Part shown: one piece after another, positions 1-7,428 of the stretch
Numbering within the stretch: the first letter of the stretch is position 1
Layout: the number at the start of each line of letters is the position of its first letter
Assembly: GCA_004524445.1 (NCBI GenBank)
Contig: SDNP01000052.1
Span: 1 to 11,956, forward strand
Source: Candidatus Thorarchaeota archaeon
Lineage (GTDB): Archaea > Asgardarchaeota > Thorarchaeia > Thorarchaeales > Thorarchaeaceae
Length of the DNA: 11,956 bases
Reading direction: 5' to 3'
Made by a program: the position numbers and the translations under genes
Notes under the pieces: model-generated
Database searches by the model: none
Seen by the model: only the letters and a program-made list of their open reading frames with translations
Told to the model about the DNA's origin: nothing

Positions 1-377
1 ATCCACCAGATTCCCAGACCCGACAAATCAGTGGCATTGAGGTCATAGCGGAACTCGTCCCCAAACTCCAGTGTATGGTTGGAGAAGGCATGGCCCCAAG
101 TGGGTGAGGTGGTGTCCTGAACAGTCAAGGTGAACTCATGTGTCTGAGTGTTGTTCACAGTGTCATTGACCAAGACTTGAATGCCATAGTCACCTACGGA
201 TAAGGGCTGTATATTCGTGATTATACCCTCTGTGTCAACTACAAAGTATGTTGTGCTGTTTATTCGCCATTCATCGATACCAGATGGATCACTAGCATTC
301 AAGTCATACCTGAAATTAGATCCGAACTCGATGAATCTGTCTTCTGGCACTTCGTCCCAGGTTGGCTCCACCGTGTC
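1..377 (-). repeat. Tandem ~87-aa Ig/cadherin-like stalk repeats (one complete at 117-377, one partial at 1-116)
   Basis: DTVEPTWDEVPEDRFIEFGSNFRYDLNASDPSGIDEWRI aligns with DTTSPTWGHAFSNHTLEFGDEFRYDLNATDLSGLGIWW; the starts are exactly 261 nt apart. Confidence 0.85.
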
Positions 378-2900
378 TACTTCGAATGTCCAGTATGAAG
401 AGAAGATACCAAGCTCTCCATCGCCATCAATCGGTGCCACACGCCAATACCAAATCCCATCGGACAACGGAGAGCCGGGGGAATACAAGGTATCACCGAC
501 TGTAACATTGACCAACCAGGGAGTGTTGAAAGTGTCTGCAATGTCAATCTGTACTAGATAACCGGTAGCGCCTGCGACCGACTCCCACTCCAAGAGAGGC
601 TGGTTGTTTCCGGTAAGAGAAGTATCACTTGGCGCAGACAAAACTGGTGCATCCATAATGGTCTTGTATGCGATGGTTAGATTCGATATCGTAGGCGTCT
701 TCAGGACATCATCGTGCTCGAAATCTGCCCGCCATTTTAGCCGTTTTCCTGGATGGGCAAAGGTATGCTCAACTCCAGAAGTAACCTCCTCCCAGTTGAC
801 GCCATTGTCTGCAGAGAGGAAATAGGTAATGCTAGTACCGGGTGGAATGGAATCGATTGGCGTTAGGGTGACACTTGTGACTGTTTCTGATGGTGAGTCA
901 AAAATGCGCGTAGACTGTGCACGGCCTTCAGTTCTGAATAGACGACAGAGATTCTGTTGTACCTCTACGGCGGTTAGTCCTTGGAAACCGTCAGCAAGGT
1001 ATATGTAGTCGCCATTGACAGCAACGCCAAATGTAATGTTTGTGTCCACTGATTCAAGATGGACAGCCTGTGTTGGATCGGTTATGTCAACAACGAATAA
1101 TCCTCCAAAGAAGTCTGCGAAGAAGGCTCGATCGCCCTGAACTGCAACACCAAATGCTTGGTCTGCTGTTGCCATAGAACCCACACTCACTGGATTCTGT
1201 GGGTTAGAGATGTCAAGAACTCTGAGCCCAGATGATCCCTCAGCCGCATACAAATAGTCTCCTGCAATGTCGAGAGCTTGGCACTCAGATAAGGGACCGT
1301 AACTACCTGCAAGGACGATGTCATTTGGGTCAGTGATATCAATGACCTGTATTGACGTATCGTCAGCCACAAAGGCATAGTTTCCATCAATGCAGACATC
1401 CTTAGCATTCCAAGGAGTATCAAATGCATCAACAATGGTAAGGGCTGTCAAGTTTGATTTGTCAATGACTTGAATGCCAGAATCTGAATCGGCCACATAC
1501 ACATAGTCGCCATCAATATCCAGTCCTACAGCATTATCCGGGGTATTGCAGGTATCAACCCAAGATGGATTAGATGGGTCACTGATATTCACAACTTCTA
1601 TTCCAATCAAACAGGCAACAAATGCATAGTCTCCTGAAACCTCAACATCCCGGGCAGCACTCGGAGTTGCGTAAGATTCTATGAAAGTGGGAGAGCCAGG
1701 ATTTGTTATGTTTAGTATTTGCAATCCTCCAGATGCATCCGCTACGAATGCGTAATCCCCATCAATTGTGACAGCCTCAGGAATATCAGGCAACGGATAG
1801 CTGCCTTCTATGCTAGGTGATTTTGTATTGGCAATTCTGACAATCTGAAGGCCGCCCTCCTCATCTGCCATGTAAGCAAACTCTCCCTCCACGTATACGT
1901 CTACTGTGTGCCCATTTGTGTCATACCGACCAACGTCTTTTGGAGATGCCGGATTGCTGATGTCGGCCACACGTAATCCGTAGGCCTGATCAGCAATGTA
2001 AGCGAAATCCCCTACGACATAACAGGCATGTGCATTTTGTGTATGAACAGTTGCCACAAAAGTGACATGTCGTGGAGTGGTTACATTGAATATGTGTAGA
2101 CCGCCTGAGCCGGCAGAGGCATACGCATAATTTCCGGAAACAAACACATCTGTTGCAGTACCCGAGGGGAAGAAGGCTTGGTCAACAAATGTCGGGGTTA
2201 ATGGGTTAGTGATATCATAGATTCTGAGTCTACCAAAATCCACTGAGTAAAGGTAATCTCCGGAAACAAATAGAGCGTCGGATCCGAAGGAGTCTGTCGT
2301 CTGCCCCACGATGGGAAGAGAGAGGGGCTCAGTAATGTTGACTACCTTAATCTCGCTTGATCCTGTAATATATGCATAGTTGCCGGAGATATCAAAGTCA
2401 TAACCGTCAGCAGTACTATTATGAGCATAATACACCGGAGTTGAGGGGTTGCTTATGTTGAACGCGTAGAAACCCATTGCAAGGTCTACCATATAGAGCA
2501 TGTTGCCTTTGACTCTAACTTGGTATGACGCACCACCTGTGCTGTAACCACCGATTTTGAACGCATGATAAGGATCACTTACATTGACGACTTGTAGTCC
2601 AGCGTCAGAGGTTGCTAAATACGCAATGTCACCCTCTACGCAGACCCCGAGGGAGATGGAATCGAGAGCAACGCTGTCCGCAAGAGTCAGCGATTCCCTA
2701 TCCAAGCCAATCTCGCCAGAGGACCAACCCGTCACATTGTAAGAGTTAGCAGCATCCTTGTACATGCTGGTTGTGAAGTCCTCGTGAAATGCTGCAGATG
2801 CTGCAGCAACAGGTGAAGGTGTCATTATCATAAGCATCATGACCACGCCACCGAACACCAACAAGCTGGACCTTCTAGATTCAAGATAGTTCATTACCAT
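1..2900 (-). CDS. Large secreted/surface LVIVD-repeat beta-propeller glycoprotein with FN3-like and Ig/cadherin-like stalk domains (3' partial, >=966 aa)
   Basis: Manual translation from ATG at 2900 is stop-free to position 1. It begins MVMNYLESRRSSLLVFGGVVMMLMIMTPSPVAAASA-AFHEDF (signal peptide with an A-S-A cleavage site). Then come 14 LVIVD-type repeats (e.g. VTIDGDYAFVADASGGLQILNITNPGSP), an FN3-like domain (APVLSAP...LEWESVAGATGYLVQID...DGIWYWRVAPID, ~378-653) and DT..P.W...EFG..FRYDLNA.D.SG repeats. GGAGG lies 4 nt upstream of the ATG. Missing from the ORF track because there is no stop in the window. Confidence 0.93.
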   Translation of the reverse strand, partial: MVMNYLESRRSSLLVFGGVVMMLMIMTPSPVAAASAAFHEDFTTSMYKDAANSYNVTGWSSGEIGLDRESLTLADSVALDSISLGVCVEGDIAYLATSDAGLQVVNVSDPYHAFKIGGYSTGGASYQVRVKGNMLYMVDLAMGFYAFNISNPSTPVYYAHNSTADGYDFDISGNYAYITGSSEIKVVNITEPLSLPIVGQTTDSFGSDALFVSGDYLYSVDFGRLRIYDITNPLTPTFVDQAFFPSGTATDVFVSGNYAYASAGSGGLHIFNVTTPRHVTFVATVHTQNAHACYVVGDFAYIADQAYGLRVADISNPASPKDVGRYDTNGHTVDVYVEGEFAYMADEEGGLQIVRIANTKSPSIEGSYPLPDIPEAVTIDGDYAFVADASGGLQILNITNPGSPTFIESYATPSAARDVEVSGDYAFVACLIGIEVVNISDPSNPSWVDTCNTPDNAVGLDIDGDYVYVADSDSGIQVIDKSNLTALTIVDAFDTPWNAKDVCIDGNYAFVADDTSIQVIDITDPNDIVLAGSYGPLSECQALDIAGDYLYAAEGSSGLRVLDISNPQNPVSVGSMATADQAFGVAVQGDRAFFADFFGGLFVVDITDPTQAVHLESVDTNITFGVAVNGDYIYLADGFQGLTAVEVQQNLCRLFRTEGRAQSTRIFDSPSETVTSVTLTPIDSIPPGTSITYFLSADNGVNWEEVTSGVEHTFAHPGKRLKWRADFEHDDVLKTPTISNLTIAYKTIMDAPVLSAPSDTSLTGNNQPLLEWESVAGATGYLVQIDIADTFNTPWLVNVTVGDTLYSPGSPLSDGIWYWRVAPIDGDGELGIFSSYWTFEVDTVEPTWDEVPEDRFIEFGSNFRYDLNASDPSGIDEWRINSTTYFVVDTEGIITNIQPLSVGDYGIQVLVNDTVNNTQTHEFTLTVQDTTSPTWGHAFSNHTLEFGDEFRYDLNATDLSGLGIWW
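960..2657 (-). repeat. 14 tandem LVIVD-like protein repeats (~41-42 aa each), predicted to form two 7-bladed beta-propellers
   Basis: The motif [V/I]x[V/I]xGDYA[YF]VADxxxGLx[VI][VI][DN]I[ST][DN]PxxP was counted 14 times by eye, from ISLGVCVEGDIAYLA (2657) to ITFGVAVNGDYIYLADGFQGLTAVEV (~960). Confidence 0.88.
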
Positions 2901-2904
2901 ACAA

Positions 2905-2909
2905 CCTCC
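2905..2909 (-). promoter_or_regulatory. Shine-Dalgarno GGAGG for the LVIVD surface protein
   Basis: The minus strand reads TGGAGGTTGT-ATG. Confidence 0.7.
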
Positions 2910-3265
2910 AATTCCTTCTTGGTCTAAGACCAACGAATTCTCGAACACCTTTCTAGAATGCAAATTCGGTATCGATTCTAATTCACTTTCAAATCAATTG
3001 ATCTCGATTTGCAGCATTGCTTATCAGTATGCGAAAATTATCAATTAAATAGTACTAGTTTGAATTGATTTCTTGTTTCAGAATTACCTACACTCGCAGC
3101 TCTTGTCGTCGCAGACTAACAGAAGTGCAGGTACAAGTGCGATATGGCAAAACAAGTCGTATTATGTAGGCCTAAGGATTTCGTTCGTTTTTTCGCTCCA
3201 CCATAGACTGATTAGACACTCTACATTGGTGGTCATATCATAAACACGAGAATTGGAGAGAGGTT

Positions 3266-4054
3266 TTGTTGCCAAGAGAACAACCAAATGAAACCCTGAG
3301 AGTACTTGACAATCGCAGTTCTTTACGGGGGTATCATTCACGTTCATTAACCGAGGACCATAAAGACTGGATAATCCACAGTGCAATGCGAGCGCCGACA
3401 GCTGGAAACATGATGCACTACTCAATCATCGAGGTGTCTGATCAAGAGAAAAAGGATAGATTGGTGGAAACATGTGACAACCAGCCATTCATCGCAAAAG
3501 CACCACTTGTGCTGCTGTTTTTGGCCGACATGCAGAGATGGTATGATTACTTCGAGCACGCAGATGTGCCCGAGTTTTGTGAGTCCAAAGGAATGGAATA
3601 TGTAACCCCACAAGAATCAGACCTCCTGCTTGCCTGCTGCGATGCACTGATTGCTGCGCAGAATGCAGTCATAGCAGCAGAGTCTCTTGGGATTGGGTCA
3701 TGCTACATTGGTGATATCATGGAGAATATTGAAACTCATCGAGAGATGTTCAGCTTACCACGGTGGGTTTTCCCCATATCTCTTGTCTGTTTTGGCTATA
3801 GAACAGAACGCGAAGAGGAGCGACCACAATCCTCTCGATTTCCTCGCGAATTCGTCTACTTTGAGGATGAATACTCGCATGTCGATAGCAAAGCGTTTGA
3901 AAAAATGCTAGGCGAGCACTTCGGAAAGACTGATGGTTTTTCAGGAGGCACTCAGAATATCGGACAAGCGATTTATTGGAGAAAGACAGGATCGGACTTT
4001 GCAGCTGAGATGCGACGGTCAGTCAAGGTAGCACTTGAGGACTGGAGTGAGTAG
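3266..4054 (+). CDS. Nitroreductase family flavoprotein (NfsA/FRP-like FMN-dependent oxidoreductase)
   Basis: Motifs NETL...NRSSLRGY (FMN-phosphate binding), APTAGNMMHYSII, QPFIAKAPLVLLFLAD and DALIAAQNAVIAAESLGIGSCYIG. The 262-aa length with a C-terminal extension is typical of the NfsA group. TTG start (3266 or 3269) follows GGAGAGAGG. Confidence 0.92.
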   Translation: MLPREQPNETLRVLDNRSSLRGYHSRSLTEDHKDWIIHSAMRAPTAGNMMHYSIIEVSDQEKKDRLVETCDNQPFIAKAPLVLLFLADMQRWYDYFEHADVPEFCESKGMEYVTPQESDLLLACCDALIAAQNAVIAAESLGIGSCYIGDIMENIETHREMFSLPRWVFPISLVCFGYRTEREEERPQSSRFPREFVYFEDEYSHVDSKAFEKMLGEHFGKTDGFSGGTQNIGQAIYWRKTGSDFAAEMRRSVKVALEDWSE

Positions 4055-4061
4055 AGGCGCC

Positions 4062-4104
4062 CCTATGGATGTTATAGGTATCATGTCTGTGGCATATCCA
4101 TGGG
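4062..4104 (+). terminator. Long G.U-rich stem-loop just after the nitroreductase stop, between convergent genes
   Basis: CCTATGGATGT (4062-4072) pairs with ATATCCATGGG (4094-4104), and inner TATAGG pairs with TCTGTG. There is no clear U-tract, so terminator versus stabiliser is uncertain. Confidence 0.4.
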
Positions 4105-4177
4105 AACTATGCTGATTTCCTTGGCAATTCCATATCTGCACCGAAACTATACGGCTTGCCAGATTTCTCCAGAGAAC

Positions 4178-6505
4178 TCAGGCGCGTTTCTCATGATAGA
4201 GGCAAATCTCAACTAACGCAAAGAACCGGGAGTGCATTATTGCAATTCCGTGTTCAAGGGCAACGGGTACAGTCAAATGTGCCTGCTCCAGCACTCTCTG
4301 AAACTTCTGGTCATAATGCATTGATGAACCTCCCACTCCCAGTACGAAGGAACCCATCCAATCAGCCATCTCTGGAGCATCTTCGGAGTCAAGAAGCTCC
4401 CACCATGCCTCATCTGTTAATCGGTCATCCATGGGCCAAGCGAACTCATAATGCGAGAACATAGCTCCTCTTGCAAGAAAGACCTCTCCATCCTCGGTTG
4501 GAACGGCAATATAGATTGCCATCGGATTGCCTGTAGCCTCTTCCAGGACAACTTTGTTATTTGGATCAGTATGAACGTCCGCTATCAAGGCTGCTCTACC
4601 GCCCTCGTCATAGGTGCCCTCGATGTCGGCAAGGATATCCCCGATGTTTCTCAGAGTTTCCCATTCTGTTGCGTTTAGTGGTATGCCGGAGAGCTCCTTT
4701 TCCGATATGGTTTGCAATTCCCTCAATAATGAGTGGAGTCTACCAAGCTTATCGAAGATCTCATCCAGGACAAGTCCCCTGTTAGCCAGCCCGTCAATCA
4801 TCATTCTGCAAAGAGACGCGAGTTTTGCATAGAATTCGGGAACGGGTTCAACATATCCCGGCGGAGGATGAGTGGAGCCATAGACCCTAGAATAAGATTG
4901 CTTCGCATAGAGAATTGTGTCATGTCTGAGCTCCGTCCAGGTTCCAAGGCAAGTTGTGAGTTGTTTATCGAGCCAAGGAGTATTGAGCATGAAAGAGGGA
5001 TGACCTTCTGTCGGCTCCTTGAGAAGTGTCTTAAAAGAGTACAGCCAGGCCCAATAGAGACTCTGTGTCCATTGGCTCAGGTTGAGATTGCTGTACTCTG
5101 CCTTCAGCATGCTGACTTGTTGTGTATAGTTTGTGTACGTCTTCTCATCATCGAGTAGATTCCAAGCTCGGTCCGAGCCCAGAACGGCCATGACATCCAG
5201 TCCCTTGGGCAAGGTCCTATATGGCACTTCATCATGCGTGAGTTGGCTGAACATGTAGGAGTCCGGGACGAACCGTTGCCCCATAAATCGTAGACCCTTT
5301 GTGGCATTGATGCTTACACCCTCCCATAGCCAGCCCGATACTATCCGGGGACTTCTGCATTCCTTTGCTGTCGCAATGAAGATGCCAAGTTTTTCCATGT
5401 CGCACAATTCAGTGAGGTTGTCCTTGTCCTGGTAAACTTCCTCAACAATAGAGAGGTAGTCTTCAGGAGTCAGATCGTCACTCGTGCTGACAAAGAATGA
5501 TGTTGTGTCATAGATCTCTTGCCATAGATTCATGGGTGTCGTCCGGTCTGCAAATAGATCACTTGGTTGCTCAAATGCCACGGTCATGAGAATGGCTTGA
5601 GCCGTTTCTCGTTTTCCCTTCGCTCTGTTCTGTTGAATGGTTAACCAATCATCACTTGGTTCCAGACGAAAGGCGACCCGTGCAAGCCATATCATGGTCT
5701 TAAAAAATCGTTTCAGGATTTCTGTCCTAGTATAGTGCCCACGAGGTGTGAATTGAGTGAAGTCAAGCTTCTGTTCCATGAACCAGTTTTCACTAAATGA
5801 TCGTGCAACGCTGATTTGGGCAATGACATCTTGCACCCAGTCTTCCACCAATGCGGGAACAGTCCAGTCCGGGTCGTGTAATTTTGCTGCAACAGAGAAG
5901 AAAGCCGCATTCTTCTTCGCGCAGGTCTTCCACATCTCATCGGAAAACTGTCGATATTGATTCAGAGATACATCGACCATATGGTGTGAGAGATTGCCAA
6001 TATGGTTCATGAAGTGAGCTTCTTCGATTCTTTTGAGAGCGACGTCAAAGAGAACATGGTAAGCGTGAAGGACAGAATCAGATGTGACAAAGGACGGATA
6101 TTCATAGTCGTAGTTCAACTGATACATATCAGCGAACATCCGTCCACCTGACGGAATTGCAACGAAGTAGTTCTCAGCGATTGCATTTCGGGTATCCTGT
6201 GATAGGTATGAAAAAGATTCTAAGTTGATGATATTAGACAGATCCGGCTCAACATCGTATTGCGGAGCATTCAGAGTGTAATCAGTTTCATATTCTGTAT
6301 AGTTGGCAAAGGGGTCTGACTCTAGTTCTATTTCAAGCGCGTCGTAAGATGGTTCGTTATTAACCCCCATTTGTCCAACGAGGTAGCCAACCAATGCGCC
6401 CGAGATACCTGATATTGTTATAATCCCAATGACGAACAACGCTAGAAATCTATTTGAACGCCCTTCAAAGAGGCCCTGATACCATTTCTGATTCACGAGT
6501 CCCAC
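4178..6505 (-). CDS. DUF3160 domain-containing protein with N-terminal membrane anchor
   Basis: Characteristic DUF3160 blocks: FVTSDSVLHAYHVLFD, DFTQFTPRGHYTR...FKTMIWL, RFMGQRFVPDSY, LPKGLDVMAVLGS, WTELRHDTILYAKQSY, GYVEPVPEFY, LIADVHTDP and RGAMFSHYEF...RLTDEAW. N-terminal TM FLALFVIGIITISGISGALVGYLVG; several N-X-T/S sequons. GTG start. Confidence 0.9.
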   Translation of the reverse strand: MGLVNQKWYQGLFEGRSNRFLALFVIGIITISGISGALVGYLVGQMGVNNEPSYDALEIELESDPFANYTEYETDYTLNAPQYDVEPDLSNIINLESFSYLSQDTRNAIAENYFVAIPSGGRMFADMYQLNYDYEYPSFVTSDSVLHAYHVLFDVALKRIEEAHFMNHIGNLSHHMVDVSLNQYRQFSDEMWKTCAKKNAAFFSVAAKLHDPDWTVPALVEDWVQDVIAQISVARSFSENWFMEQKLDFTQFTPRGHYTRTEILKRFFKTMIWLARVAFRLEPSDDWLTIQQNRAKGKRETAQAILMTVAFEQPSDLFADRTTPMNLWQEIYDTTSFFVSTSDDLTPEDYLSIVEEVYQDKDNLTELCDMEKLGIFIATAKECRSPRIVSGWLWEGVSINATKGLRFMGQRFVPDSYMFSQLTHDEVPYRTLPKGLDVMAVLGSDRAWNLLDDEKTYTNYTQQVSMLKAEYSNLNLSQWTQSLYWAWLYSFKTLLKEPTEGHPSFMLNTPWLDKQLTTCLGTWTELRHDTILYAKQSYSRVYGSTHPPPGYVEPVPEFYAKLASLCRMMIDGLANRGLVLDEIFDKLGRLHSLLRELQTISEKELSGIPLNATEWETLRNIGDILADIEGTYDEGGRAALIADVHTDPNNKVVLEEATGNPMAIYIAVPTEDGEVFLARGAMFSHYEFAWPMDDRLTDEAWWELLDSEDAPEMADWMGSFVLGVGGSSMHYDQKFQRVLEQAHLTVPVALEHGIAIMHSRFFALVEICLYHEKRA

Positions 6506-6571
6506 CCATCAGAACCTTATACTTTCCCTGCTTATGAACGCTATTGTGTATATCTACCCACTTCCATTCCC

Positions 6572-6606
6572 AAAAAGAAGATGGGGATATTTGCATGTTC
6601 TATCCC
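6572..6606 (-). terminator. Putative terminator of the 6609-7208 gene
   Basis: On the minus strand, a GGGATA-N11-TATCCC hairpin begins 2 nt after the TAA and is followed by CATCTTCTTTTT. Confidence 0.55.
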
Positions 6607-6608
6607 GT

Positions 6609-7208
6609 TTATGATTCGGGTTCTGCAGGTTCTTCCTCCCACCACTTCGTAGGCTCATCTTCTGCGAACGGAGTTCTAGCTTCCCAGTGGTCTGAGTATC
6701 TCATAAGAATATAACCAATGATAAACTGTAGTGGGATAGGGCCCGAATAGGCGATGACTTCTGCTTGGATGATAGGGACGTAGCCCATTAACCCAAGCAC
6801 AGTAGGTGGGATAAGAGAAAGGATACCTAGAGCCAATGTGGACTTTTTGCCGGCATCACCCGATCGAAAGCGGATAACCTGAAAACCGAATATGAGGGAG
6901 AGAATCCAAAGAGTAAATGTACGGTATAGAAGCATTGGATTCAATAAATGAAGACCGTATCCTCTGACACCCAGATATATGGGACTCGAATTTCCGGACT
7001 CTGGCAGATATATCCAGGTGATGGCGATAATTGCCAGATCAATCCAATAGCCTTCGGGGGATCCACCCCAACCATAGCATGCTGAAACGATTGGAGCAAA
7101 GAGTGTAGTTAGAACCATGATAATTGAGCTTCCCACCGTCGATAATTCACTGATTCCGTTCCTGATGCCCATCAAATTCGACTCCGAGATATGATGCATC
7201 ATAGCCAA
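6609..7208 (-). CDS. Hypothetical integral membrane protein (~4-5 TM) with acidic Trp-containing C-terminal tail; true start possibly ATG 7172
   Basis: Hydrophobic segments SSIIMVLTTLFAPIV, WIDLAIIAITWIYL, TFTLWILSLIFGFQVI, TLALGILSLIPPTVLGLMGYV and GPIPLQFIIGYILM; tail HWEARTPFAEDEPTKWWEEEPAEPES. A GGAG about 9 nt upstream of ATG 7172 favours the shorter start. Confidence 0.78.
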   Translation of the reverse strand: MAMMHHISESNLMGIRNGISELSTVGSSIIMVLTTLFAPIVSACYGWGGSPEGYWIDLAIIAITWIYLPESGNSSPIYLGVRGYGLHLLNPMLLYRTFTLWILSLIFGFQVIRFRSGDAGKKSTLALGILSLIPPTVLGLMGYVPIIQAEVIAYSGPIPLQFIIGYILMRYSDHWEARTPFAEDEPTKWWEEEPAEPES

Positions 7209-7428
7209 GTAAAATTTTGTGGTAGATTTTCATCAATCATGGACCGCATAATACCTTATGAAGTGATTACGATTGTGCCATCCCTTCAAGGTTTGCTTTC
7301 ATAGGGTGCGCTGATTATATGGTCAGCTGAAACCAGCACTAAGGCAATCTAAGGCAGACTTACGCATTTCGTAGCGTGTGACTGTAACTAAAACAGAGTG
7401 CTGAAATAGGTTCGATATGAACACGGGT

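Noticed and set aside
217-1435. Track ORFs 217..561(+), 604..825(+) and 1187..1435(-)
   Set aside because: Antisense or out-of-frame shadows of the long minus-strand LVIVD gene, with no protein-like motifs.
2862-2879. SRRSSL as a twin-arginine (Tat) signal in the surface protein
   Set aside because: Lacks the consensus F-L after RRx. A very large sequon-rich repeat protein with an A-S-A site fits Sec export better, though Tat is not fully excluded.
4052-4217. Pyrrolysine/readthrough of the nitroreductase UAG (hairpin follows; frame stays open ~54 codons)
   Set aside because: The domain is complete at the UAG, the extension has no recognisable features, and it would overlap the convergent DUF3160 gene.
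3162-5960. Small track ORFs overlapping the nitroreductase and DUF3160 genes
   Set aside because: Overlap well-supported CDSs on the other strand or frame; no motifs or ribosome-binding sites.
7253-7307. SECIS-like hairpin containing AUGA
   Set aside because: The UGA pairs canonically with UCA rather than forming tandem G.A pairs, and no adjacent gene has an in-frame UGA.
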